The translations under genes and the position numbers were made by a program. A stretch of 64,000 nucleotides of DNA from Elusimicrobia bacterium GWB2_63_22 (lineage in GTDB: Bacteria > Elusimicrobiota > Elusimicrobia > Elusimicrobiales > UBA9959): contig MGUA01000006.1 in the NCBI GenBank assembly GCA_001799735.1, forward strand, positions 13,733-77,732, in the 5' to 3' direction. Each line of letters begins with the position of its first letter. Position 1 is the first letter of the stretch. Positions 36,259 to 44,901 of this stretch are shown one piece after another. The notes beneath the pieces were generated by a model that made no database searches, was not told the origin of the DNA, and saw only the letters and a program-made list of their open reading frames with translations.

Positions 36259-37266
36259 CTACTGCGAGGCAAGCTGGCCGCAGGCGGCGGCTATGTCGGC
36301 GCCGCGCTCTACCCGCAGGTAGGTACGCACGCCGGCGTTGATCAGTTCAAGCTGGAATTCTTTAACGCGGGGCGTCTCGCCGCCGGGCCCGCCGGGAGGG
36401 TTGTAGGGGATCAGATTGACCCGGCAAGGGATGTCTCCCACCAGCCGGGCGAGCAGCGCGGCGTCCGAAGGCCGGTCGTTGACGCCTGGGAAAAGGATAT
36501 ATTCGAACATCACGAGCGCCTTCCGGATGCGGCAGTAGTCGCGCACGGCGGCCAGCACGCGCTTGAGCGGGTAGGTCTTCTCCATCGGGGCCAGCCGGGC
36601 GCGCTGCTCCTCGTCTGCGGCCACCACGGAGACGGCCAGCCGCACCCGCAGGTCGGAATAGGTGAGTTCTTCGATGACCGGGATGATGCCTACGGTGGAG
36701 ACGGTCATCTTGGCCTGTGGGAAATGGCGGCCGCGGCTGTCGGAAAGTATCCGTACGGCCTTCTGCACGTTCTCCCAGTTCAGGAAAGGTTCGCCCATGC
36801 CCATGAAGACCAGGCTGTTGAGCGTGCCGGCTTCTTTAAGGCAGGCCTCGAACTGGGCTATGATCTCGGCCGGGGTGAGCGAGCGCTTTAGCCCCAGCGC
36901 GCCGGTGGCGCAGAAGGTGCAGCCGCAGGCGCAGCCGGACTGGGAGGAGAGGCAGGCGATGACCCGGTCCTTGGCGGGCAGGACTACGCATTCGGCGGGG
37001 GCGTTCCCTTCGAAGCGGAAAAGCATTTTCTTTGTGCCGTCGCGCGAAGTCTGGAGGCGTTCCGGGAGGGGGAGGGGGGCGAGGAGAAAAGCGGGAGAGA
37101 GCGCCCGGCAGACGCGCTCCGGCAGGCCGGGCAGGGCGGCCAGGTCAGCGGCGCCTTTGCGGTGCACGGCCAGGAAGACGGCGGCCGCGTGGGAGGGCTT
37201 CTCGCCCAGCCCCGTCAGCGCCGTCTCCAGCTCCGTCCGCGTTAAATTTCTAATATCTGGTTTCAT
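36259..37266 (-). CDS. rlmN: 23S rRNA/tRNA (adenine-C2)-methyltransferase, radical SAM
   Basis: Radical-SAM cluster motif CACGCTFCATG, FMGMGEP, and overall RlmN/Cfr architecture. Confidence 0.9.
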   Translation of the reverse strand: MKPDIRNLTRTELETALTGLGEKPSHAAAVFLAVHRKGAADLAALPGLPERVCRALSPAFLLAPLPLPERLQTSRDGTKKMLFRFEGNAPAECVVLPAKDRVIACLSSQSGCACGCTFCATGALGLKRSLTPAEIIAQFEACLKEAGTLNSLVFMGMGEPFLNWENVQKAVRILSDSRGRHFPQAKMTVSTVGIIPVIEELTYSDLRVRLAVSVVAADEEQRARLAPMEKTYPLKRVLAAVRDYCRIRKALVMFEYILFPGVNDRPSDAALLARLVGDIPCRVNLIPYNPPGGPGGETPRVKEFQLELINAGVRTYLRVERGADIAAACGQLASQ

Positions 37267-37283
37267 CTATAATCAGTCTGCGC

Positions 37284-37402
37284 CGCAGGGGTCGGAACGC
37301 AAAAACGTGGTCTCGCACACCGTGCTCGCCACTCCCCGTCTCGGTCCTCGCGCTTACGCAAGCTCGGACCTCCGACAGGGTTTTGCTAACCCGACCCCTG
37401 CG
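37284..37402. other. 119-nt highly structured GC-rich element (long imperfect hairpin with internal branches) between nadA and rlmN
   Basis: 12-bp outer stem: CGCAGGGGTCGG (37284-37295) pairs with CCGACCCCTGCG (37391-37402). Inner pairings are GCAAAAAC/GTTTTGC and GGTCC...GGACC, with an apical GCTT-ACGC-AAGC hairpin. Confidence 0.5.
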
Positions 37403-37434
37403 TCACAGCCTGCGTTGCCTCAAATTTAATCAAC

Positions 37435-38442
<1,008 letters not shown>

Positions 38443-38443
38443 A

Positions 38444-39181
38444 TCAGCCTTTGAGCGTCCACTTGCCCAGCAGGTCCGGATGGTTAGTGAAGATGCCATC
38501 CACGCCGATCTCCTTCATGCGCAGCGCGTCCTTCTTGGTGTTCACGGTGTAGACGCAGGCGTTGAAACCGGCCTTCTTTATGCGGGAAATGTTCGCCTTG
38601 AACGCTATGCGCAGGGCGAGGTGGAAATTCACGGCGCGCACGGACTTCGCTTTCCTCAGGGCCGGCAGCAGCAGCACGGTGCTGAGGCCGTGGCCCAGGT
38701 AGGCCAGCTTGATATCGTGGGACAGCTCGCGGAAGCGCTTGAGGGTGCCGTGGTCGAAGCTGGAGATGAGGCTCTTGGCGAACAGCCCGGGCTTGCTCTT
38801 TATGAAGGCCAGCAACTTAACCTCTATGCCGGGGTAGACGTTGCCGTCGTTCTTGACCTCGAAGTTAAGCCAGTCGGAGACCGGCCCGATGATATTTATC
38901 ACTTCCTCCAGCCGCGGGACGTGCTGGAAAGCCCTGTCGGGCCGGTAGTGAAAAGCGACGTTGATCTTTTTCAGCTCGGCCCAGTCCAGGTCGGCTATTT
39001 TTACGTCCTTGCCGGAAGTGTGCAGCAGGGAGTAGTCGTGGTGCACCACCAGGATGCCGTCCCTGGTCTGGTGCACGTCGAACTCGAACTCCCGGGAGCC
39101 CATCTCCACGGCGAGGCGGAAGGCCTTGAGAGTATTTTCTGGCGCGTAAGCGGAGGCGCCGCGGTGAGAGATTATTTTCAT
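38444..39181 (-). CDS. Glycerophosphodiester phosphodiesterase (GDPD family)
   Basis: N-terminal ISHRGASAYAPENTLKAF and E..FEFDVHQTRDGILVVHHD catalytic motifs. Confidence 0.88.
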   Translation of the reverse strand: MKIISHRGASAYAPENTLKAFRLAVEMGSREFEFDVHQTRDGILVVHHDYSLLHTSGKDVKIADLDWAELKKINVAFHYRPDRAFQHVPRLEEVINIIGPVSDWLNFEVKNDGNVYPGIEVKLLAFIKSKPGLFAKSLISSFDHGTLKRFRELSHDIKLAYLGHGLSTVLLLPALRKAKSVRAVNFHLALRIAFKANISRIKKAGFNACVYTVNTKKDALRMKEIGVDGIFTNHPDLLGKWTLKG

Positions 39182-39987
39182 ATAAAGAGTTTTTTTATCT
39201 CCGAAAAATATTCTTCCTGGAACTCGAAGCCGCCCATGTCGCCGCGCTCCGTGCCGGGGCCGTGGAAGTCGGTGCCCGCGGTGACAAAAAGGCCGTAGCG
39301 CCCCGCCAGGGAAACGAACTCCCGGGTGGCCGCGCCGGTATGCGCCGGGTAGAAGGCCTCCAGGCCGTCCAACCCCAGGTCCCGCCAGGCCGGCAGGTCC
39401 ATCGCCTTGCCCACAGCGGCGGGATGCGCCAGCACGGCGCGGCCGCCGGCGTCCTTTATGGCTTTTATGGCCTCGGCCACGGTGGGACCGTTAGGGCCCA
39501 CGTAGGCGGGGGCGCCGGGCGCCAGGTAGCGCTTGAAAGCCTGGTTCCGGTTGGAAACTATCTTGCGCGCGCGCAGCACGTCGGCTACCTGCGGCCGGCC
39601 CACGGTGCGGTTGACGGGCGGAGGCAGGTCCTCGAAAGCTATCTCTATGCCGAGGCCCCGGAGCAGCTCCAGCGTCTTTTTTATCCTGGTCACGCGGCGG
39701 CCCCGGAACTCTTCCAGCCGCCCGCGCAGCACGGGGTCGGCCGGGTTCACGCCATAGCCGAGGATATGCAGGTTCTCGCAAAGCCCGGTGCTTATCTCGA
39801 CGCCGTAACAATAGGTGATGCCGGCCTCCCTCAGCGCCGGCTCCATCTCGGCCCAGCCGCCCACGCCGTCGTGGTCGGTCAGGGAAAAATACTTCACCCC
39901 GGCGCGCGCGGCCGCGCGGGCCAGCGCCGCCGGCTCCAGCGTGCCGTCGGAATAGGTGGAATGGGTGTGCAGGTTTATCAGCGCCAT
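39178..39987 (-). CDS. PHP-domain metal-dependent phosphoesterase (TrpH/YciV-like)
   Basis: N-terminal LHTHSTYSDG and SLTDHD motifs, plus a C-terminal GTDFHG motif. Confidence 0.85.
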   Translation of the reverse strand: MALINLHTHSTYSDGTLEPAALARAAARAGVKYFSLTDHDGVGGWAEMEPALREAGITYCYGVEISTGLCENLHILGYGVNPADPVLRGRLEEFRGRRVTRIKKTLELLRGLGIEIAFEDLPPPVNRTVGRPQVADVLRARKIVSNRNQAFKRYLAPGAPAYVGPNGPTVAEAIKAIKDAGGRAVLAHPAAVGKAMDLPAWRDLGLDGLEAFYPAHTGAATREFVSLAGRYGLFVTAGTDFHGPGTERGDMGGFEFQEEYFSEIKKLFI

Positions 39988-39993
39988 AAAAGA

Positions 39994-40045
39994 GATTACA
40001 CAGGGCAGGCCGGCCCTTACGGACCCGCGGCTGGCCTGTGTAATC
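39994..40045 (-). other. Long intercistronic hairpin between nfu and the PHP gene
   Basis: 11-bp perfect outer stem: GATTACACAGG (39994-40004) pairs with CCTGTGTAATC (40035-40045). There are further imperfect inner pairs. It ends 6 nt before the PHP ATG on the mRNA strand. Confidence 0.6.
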
Positions 40046-40057
40046 GCAGAAAAAGGC

Positions 40058-40282
40058 TTAACCTACCGTAATTTCCTTAACTTCAGGAACCTCTTCTTTT
40101 ATCATGCGCTCCACCACGTGCTTGAGCGTCATGGTGGCGTGCGGGCAGCAGCCGCAGGCCCCGGTCAGGCGCACGGTGACCACGCCTTTCTTCTCGTCCA
40201 CGCCTATCAGCTCGACGGACCCGCCGTCAGCCGCCAGCATGGGCTTTATCTTCTCTATAACCTTGGCAACTTTGTCTTTCAT
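40058..40282 (-). CDS. NifU C-terminal-domain (Nfu-type) Fe-S cluster carrier
   Basis: 74 aa with LAADGGSVELIGVD and the CGCC..P motif (GACGCCPHA). Confidence 0.88.
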   Translation of the reverse strand: MKDKVAKVIEKIKPMLAADGGSVELIGVDEKKGVVTVRLTGACGCCPHATMTLKHVVERMIKEEVPEVKEITVG

Positions 40283-40350
40283 AGTGGTACCTCTCCCTAA
40301 ATTATACCATTCCGCCGACTTGCTCCTGCCTGACAGAACTTATATATAAT

Positions 40351-40719
40351 TTGACTATGCTTAAAGAAGCCAGGAACGTGATGCAGGTCCCGGGCGAACC
40401 GCGCCGCCGCTGGTTCGACGACGAAGATTTCGACCTGATCGTGTGGTTCGAACCGGGCGAAGAGATCTGGGGCTTCCAGCTCTGCTACGACAGGGAAAAG
40501 AAACCCCGGGCGCTGACCTGGACCCGGCGCTACGGCTACAAGCACGCCGGCATAGACAACGGCGAGCATATCTGGGGCGCCTCCAAAAGCTCCCCCGTAC
40601 TGATAGAGGACGGGCTCTTCGACGCGCCCTCCATAGCGGAAAAGCTGGAAAAGGCCGCCGGGGAAATGCCGCACGGCCTGACGGCCTTCATCCTGGAAAA
40701 AGTGCGCGCCTTCCTCTGA
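40351..40719 (+). CDS. Hypothetical cytoplasmic protein
   Basis: 122 aa with no recognised motif. Coding-like GC3 bias. Its stop overlaps the start of the next gene (TGATG). Confidence 0.5.
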   Translation: MTMLKEARNVMQVPGEPRRRWFDDEDFDLIVWFEPGEEIWGFQLCYDREKKPRALTWTRRYGYKHAGIDNGEHIWGASKSSPVLIEDGLFDAPSIAEKLEKAAGEMPHGLTAFILEKVRAFL

Positions 40720-41207
40720 TGCCTAAAGATTTTAAACCTGACATGGGCGCCGGCGACCTGGGACTTACCGACCTGTTCGGCGGGCGGCGCGTGCCTAAAA
40801 CCCACTCCCGCATAAAGCTTAACGCCCTTCTCGACGACCTGTCGGCCCTGCTGGGCCTGCTGAAGACCGGGCTAAAGCACCCCGGGCTGCGCAGCGAGCT
40901 CTCCGCGGCCCAGGCCGGCCTCATAAAAGCCTCCGGCATCATAGCCGGCACAAAGGCAGACCTGAAAAAAGAAACGGCCCTCCTGGCCGGCGCCATAAAC
41001 GCCCTCTCCGCCACGGTCAAGCCGCCCAAAAAATTCGTTCTGCCGGGCAGTTGCGAAATAGAGGCCCTGGCCCACCTGGCGCGCGCCAGGACCCGGATCT
41101 GCGAGATCCTCGCCTGGGAACTGAAGGCCAAAGCCCCGGCCGTCTACCTAAACCGCCTCTCCGACTACCTTTTTCTCGTAGCCCTGAAACACGCCGGAAA
41201 GAAATGA
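40719..41207 (+). CDS. ATP:cob(I)alamin adenosyltransferase, PduO type
   Basis: Start set to the internal ATG at 40719. Motifs GDLGLTDLFGGRRVPK, FVLPGS and YLNRLSDYLFLVA match PduO/MMAB-type adenosyltransferases. Confidence 0.8.
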   Translation: MPKDFKPDMGAGDLGLTDLFGGRRVPKTHSRIKLNALLDDLSALLGLLKTGLKHPGLRSELSAAQAGLIKASGIIAGTKADLKKETALLAGAINALSATVKPPKKFVLPGSCEIEALAHLARARTRICEILAWELKAKAPAVYLNRLSDYLFLVALKHAGKK

Positions 41208-43156
41208 AAAAACTTAAAGCGCTAGGCGCGGCCCTGGAGGCCCGCCCCCGGCTGCTCGCCGCGCTGGCCTGGACCGCCGCGCTGCTGCTGGCCGCCGCCC
41301 TCTACCGGCATTTCGCGCCTTTCCTGGCTGTGGACGACGCCTGGTTCCTCGACGAGGCGGAAGCCTTCTACCACGGCCTGCCGCTGCGGGCCGGGCTGGA
41401 CAGCATGCCGCTGACCGGCTACTACCACTCGCTGCTCTCACACCACCTGCCGCCGGGCTGGGTAAAACTCTTCCTGCCTTTTGCCGTGCTTTCCATGCTG
41501 GCGGCCTCCTTCTCCCTTGGGGCGGCCCTGTGCGGCAGGCGCTGCGGCGCGCTGGCCGCGGCCTTAGCGGGGGCGTCGTTCCTCTCCATCGGCGCGCTGG
41601 TAAACTGGGGCCGGTATTTTGAAACGGCGGTATTTACCCTTATCACCGCCCTGATGGCTTTTTTTCTCCTTCGCTACAGGGAGAGCGGCAGCACCCGGCA
41701 CGCCGTCCTGCTGGGCCTGCTCACCGGGGCCTCGCTGCTGTGCCGTTCTACTTTTTTCCTTTTCCCTTTCTTTATCCTGGCCGCCCTGCTGCTGTGGCGC
41801 GGCCGCCTGCGGATAACCCCCGTCGCCGCGGGAGCGATAGCGCTGTTGCCCTACGCCATGCTGGCGCCCTGGTGGCTGATGCGGCACCTTACCGGTCAGG
41901 AATTCGCGCTGTTCGAGACCTTCCGCGCCAAGGCCAATATTATAACCGGGCTCCTGGGCTACGTGCACACCATAGACGGCAGCTACCAGGAGGCCCTGCG
42001 CTACGCCGGGCTGGTCGGCTCCGAGAATCTCTGGGCCTGGGGCCTGGACCAGGTCGCGGCAAATCCCCTGCTGATCGTAAAAGCGGTGCTGCTGCGGGGC
42101 TGGGCCGTGCTGGTCTACAAGCCGGTCCTGGCCCTGCTTGCCCTGGCCTCGCTGTTCGCGGCCGGGCTGGACGATAAAGCCAAACTCCTGGCCGCTTTCC
42201 TTTTCTATTTCATCGCGGTGCACCTGCCCATGCCGGTGGAGGCGCGCTACTTTGTCCCGCTCCTGCCGCTGCTGGGAGCGCTTATCGGCAGGGCGGCAGC
42301 GCTAACCCTCTGGCCGGACTGCGCCGCGCGCGGCGACGGGGCAGGGCGGGCCGCCGCCTGGGTGCTGGCCGCCCTGGTGCTGGCCGGTCCGCCGGCCGTT
42401 TACGCAAATATCGCCCATTATGTCCGCAACCTCCGCGCCGCCGACGGGAGCGCCGTGATCGCGCTGGAAACGGCCTCCCATCCCGGCGACCCCTGGCTGC
42501 TGGAGCGCGCCAACGAGGCCCGCCTGCTGGCGCATCAGCCGCTGGAAACGCCCCCCGCGCAGGCGCCGTCGTCGCGGCTGCGCTTCCAGTACCTGCTCAG
42601 CGGGGCGATATATGAGAACCGGTTCCTTGAAGGCGCCGGGATAGCGCCGGGGCTGGAAAAAGAAATGCGGGCGCTGGCTTTCCTGCACGGCCTGGAGAAC
42701 GGGGTCCCCGCCGGTGAAATTCCGGGCGAGCAGACGCTGAGCGCCATGCTGGGCTACTACCCGCCCCCGCGGGCGCTGCGGCTGGCCGGCCGTATCTGCG
42801 CCGCGGACGGGGCCGCCTGCGCCGGGTTGCTGCCGCTGTCCTTGCGCTGGCAGAACGCCGGGCTCTACCGGGAAAGCCTGGCCCTCCTGGACCTGCTGCT
42901 GCACCTGCGCCCGCGCGACGCCCGGCTCTGGTCCGACAAGGGCATGCAGGAGCTTATGCTGGGCCGCCGGGTCGCGGCGACGCTCTCTTTCCGCCGGGCC
43001 ATAGACCTGGACCCGCAGTTTATTCCCGCTTATCTCAACCTCGCCGGCGCGCTGGGGCGCGGCGTAGCGGCGGACGAGGTTTTCTCCCTCGCCCTGAACA
43101 ACCTCACCCCTCCCTACGAGAACCTGCGCCCGCTGCTCGAGAATAAGAACCCCTGA
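41204..43156 (+). CDS. Polytopic GT-C-fold (ArnT/PMT-like) membrane protein with C-terminal TPR repeats; paralog of 29834..32317
   Basis: Start set to the ATG at 41204 (ATGA overlap with the upstream stop). Shares ..G(A)SLLCRSTFFLFPFF.. with the paralog's ..GITLLIRTPLFLFPLL... C-terminal TPR-like repeats. Confidence 0.6.
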   Translation: MKKLKALGAALEARPRLLAALAWTAALLLAAALYRHFAPFLAVDDAWFLDEAEAFYHGLPLRAGLDSMPLTGYYHSLLSHHLPPGWVKLFLPFAVLSMLAASFSLGAALCGRRCGALAAALAGASFLSIGALVNWGRYFETAVFTLITALMAFFLLRYRESGSTRHAVLLGLLTGASLLCRSTFFLFPFFILAALLLWRGRLRITPVAAGAIALLPYAMLAPWWLMRHLTGQEFALFETFRAKANIITGLLGYVHTIDGSYQEALRYAGLVGSENLWAWGLDQVAANPLLIVKAVLLRGWAVLVYKPVLALLALASLFAAGLDDKAKLLAAFLFYFIAVHLPMPVEARYFVPLLPLLGALIGRAAALTLWPDCAARGDGAGRAAAWVLAALVLAGPPAVYANIAHYVRNLRAADGSAVIALETASHPGDPWLLERANEARLLAHQPLETPPAQAPSSRLRFQYLLSGAIYENRFLEGAGIAPGLEKEMRALAFLHGLENGVPAGEIPGEQTLSAMLGYYPPPRALRLAGRICAADGAACAGLLPLSLRWQNAGLYRESLALLDLLLHLRPRDARLWSDKGMQELMLGRRVAATLSFRRAIDLDPQFIPAYLNLAGALGRGVAADEVFSLALNNLTPPYENLRPLLENKNP

Positions 43157-43157
43157 A

Positions 43158-43190
43158 ATAAAAGCGCCCCGGTCTTCCGGGGCGCCTTTC
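43158..43190. terminator. Terminator hairpin between convergent genes (strongest for the minus-strand gene)
   Basis: 9-bp stem GCGCCCCGG / CCGGGGCGC with loop TCTT. The minus strand continues with TTTTATTTC. Confidence 0.75.
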
Positions 43191-43203
43191 CAAAAACCCG
43201 CAG

Positions 43204-44109
43204 TTACTTCGTCACTTCGCCGCTCACCGTCTTCACGGTGGGGTTCTTGATATCGCTGCCGGAGTAGTCTATGTCGCCGCTCACCGTCTTCATCACGGCG
43301 ATGTCGGCGGCGGAGTCCTTGATGCGCAGGTCGCCGCTGACGCTCTGGGTATTGAGTGAGTTGAACTGCGACTCCTTTATCTCCACGTCGCCGCTCACCG
43401 TCTTCACCGTGACTTCGGCGGAGTTCTTCAGGCGTTCTATGGAAATGTCGCCGTTGACCCCTTTCACGAAGGAGGCGCCCTCGGTGGCGAAATCGCTGAT
43501 GGTCACGTCTCCGTTGACGCTCTCGGCGCTCAGACGGGCCAGCTTTGCCGGCAGCCACACCTTGGCCGAGCCTATCACGCTCTTCTTGCCGCTCTTGGTA
43601 GTCAGCTTTATGCCGCCGTCCTCGAACACGGCCTCGGTGTCGCCGGCTACTTTCTCAAAGATCTCCAGCTCGGCCTTGGCGCTCCGGCCTTCCTGCCCGA
43701 TCACCTCCAGGTCGCCGCTCAGCGTCTTTATGGTGAAGGAGTCGGAGTTATAATCCGCCATGTTCAGCTCCACCTGCCTGGAGGAAAGACTCTTCAGCTC
43801 GCCCAGGCCGCTCAGGGCGCCTCTTATGGCGCCGCCTACCGTCTCGCCTATGAAGCCGCCGGCGCCGCGCGCCTTGCCGCTGCCAAAGCCGGCCGCGCTC
43901 TTGGCGAAGGACAGGCCCATTACTATGGCGGTCAGCCCGAGGATAGTGACGGACACAATGCCCAGCGCCATCAGGCCGAGCGCACCCAGGCCGACGTATT
44001 TCAGCATCGTCACGGTCTGCGGGGTAAGCTGGCCCACATGCTGCAGCATCAGCACTATGCCCACCACCAGGGCCGTCAGGAACGAGATCTTTATCAGGAA
44101 CTTCAGCAT
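43204..44109 (-). CDS. Membrane-anchored DUF4097 (LiaG-like putative adhesin / beta-helix) protein
   Basis: Two or three N-terminal TM segments, a Gly-rich linker, then repeated (K)TVSGD(V/L/I)x(I/V) and NGD(V/I) beta-helix rungs. AGGAGA SD upstream. Confidence 0.75.
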   Translation of the reverse strand: MLKFLIKISFLTALVVGIVLMLQHVGQLTPQTVTMLKYVGLGALGLMALGIVSVTILGLTAIVMGLSFAKSAAGFGSGKARGAGGFIGETVGGAIRGALSGLGELKSLSSRQVELNMADYNSDSFTIKTLSGDLEVIGQEGRSAKAELEIFEKVAGDTEAVFEDGGIKLTTKSGKKSVIGSAKVWLPAKLARLSAESVNGDVTISDFATEGASFVKGVNGDISIERLKNSAEVTVKTVSGDVEIKESQFNSLNTQSVSGDLRIKDSAADIAVMKTVSGDIDYSGSDIKNPTVKTVSGEVTK

Positions 44110-44163
44110 AATGTTATTCTCCTATTCTTCTTAACCGGGTCGGCTTTGCCGTCCCCTCACTAC

Positions 44164-44193
44164 ATATGACACGACTCCCGCCAAAATGTTTCA
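44164..44193 (-). promoter_or_regulatory. ECF-type promoter motif, copy A (upstream of the DUF4097 gene)
   Basis: Minus strand reads TGAAACATTTTGG-N8-GTGTCATAT. The 13-mer, the 9-mer and the spacing are identical to copy B. AAC-N17-GTC geometry. It lies in the 92-nt gap after the sigma stop. Confidence 0.6.
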
Positions 44194-44201
44194 CCCTATT
44201 T

Positions 44202-44738
44202 TCAGGTATCCAGCCTTTTCCTTATGTGGTCCTTGGCCCGCAGCAGCTGTATCTTCACAGTGTTGATGGGGATATCCAGGGCATCCGCTATCTCCTGGTA
44301 GGACTTCTCCTCGAAATAGTAGAGCTTGATGACCACTTTGTATTTAAGGGGTATCTCTTCCAGGATCTCGGTGATGCGGGCCAGGATCAACTCCCGCTCG
44401 TAGATCTCGTCGGCCAGGTCGGGCGGCGCGGCGATGGTTTCGGCCAGGCTATCGTCCAGCTGGGTCTCGCGGCCGGCCTTTCGCTCGGACCAGTTCATGC
44501 TGAGGTTGTAGGCTATGCGGTACAGCCAGGAGGAAAGTTTGGAGTCGCCGCGGAATTTCTCTATGTTCTCGTAAGCCTTCAGGAATACTTCCTGGGTGAT
44601 GTCGCGCGCCTCTTCTTCGAAGCGCACATACCCTTTGACCACGTTGAAAATGAAGTCCTGGTGCCGGAGCACCAGCTCGCCGAAGATCTCCCGCTCGCCT
44701 TCGGCTATCCTTTTTAAAAGGTTGGCTTCATTTTCCAT
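44202..44738 (-). CDS. ECF (group IV) sigma-70 family RNA polymerase sigma factor
   Basis: 178 aa with region 2 (DITQEVFLKAY...SWLYRIAYN) and region 4 (SYQEIADALDIPINTVKIQLLRAK). Confidence 0.9.
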   Translation of the reverse strand: MENEANLLKRIAEGEREIFGELVLRHQDFIFNVVKGYVRFEEEARDITQEVFLKAYENIEKFRGDSKLSSWLYRIAYNLSMNWSERKAGRETQLDDSLAETIAAPPDLADEIYERELILARITEILEEIPLKYKVVIKLYYFEEKSYQEIADALDIPINTVKIQLLRAKDHIRKRLDT

Positions 44739-44744
44739 CTATTA

Positions 44745-44867
44745 TCAGTTGCCCACGCAGACCGCGCTTAAACCCTCGCCGCCCGCGGGCGGCAGAAAAA
44801 CGTACCTGTATTCTACTTCTTTCGCCCCGACCACGTCCCAGCCCAGCCGCTTCATCATTTTTTTCAT
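44745..44867 (-). CDS. Unannotated 40-codon small ORF (leader peptide or small protein) immediately upstream of the ECF sigma gene
   Basis: Translated by hand as MKKMMKRLGWDVVGAKEVEYRYVFLPPAGGEGLSAVCVGN. GAGGGGA lies 8 nt upstream of the ATG. GC3-rich codons. It ends TGA-TAA-TAG directly abutting the sigma ATG. It is below the track's length cutoff. Confidence 0.45.
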   Translation of the reverse strand: MKKMMKRLGWDVVGAKEVEYRYVFLPPAGGEGLSAVCVGN

Positions 44868-44901
44868 AATATCCGTCCCCTCTTCCCGGTCCCGTCACAG
44901 G

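Noticed and set aside
37284-37402. Possibility that the structured element is the small SRP (4.5S) RNA
   Set aside because: Similarity is only loose around GUC.GAGGUCCG. The conserved GGAA tetraloop and the AGCAGC asymmetric loop of helix 8 are absent on both strands. It is kept as an unclassified structure.
43204-43420. Repeated DNA stretch of about 18 nt, CGCCGCTCACCGTCTTCA, at least three copies inside the DUF4097 gene
   Set aside because: It is explained by the repeated TVSGD(V/L/I) beta-helix rungs being encoded with the same codons. It is not an independent DNA element.
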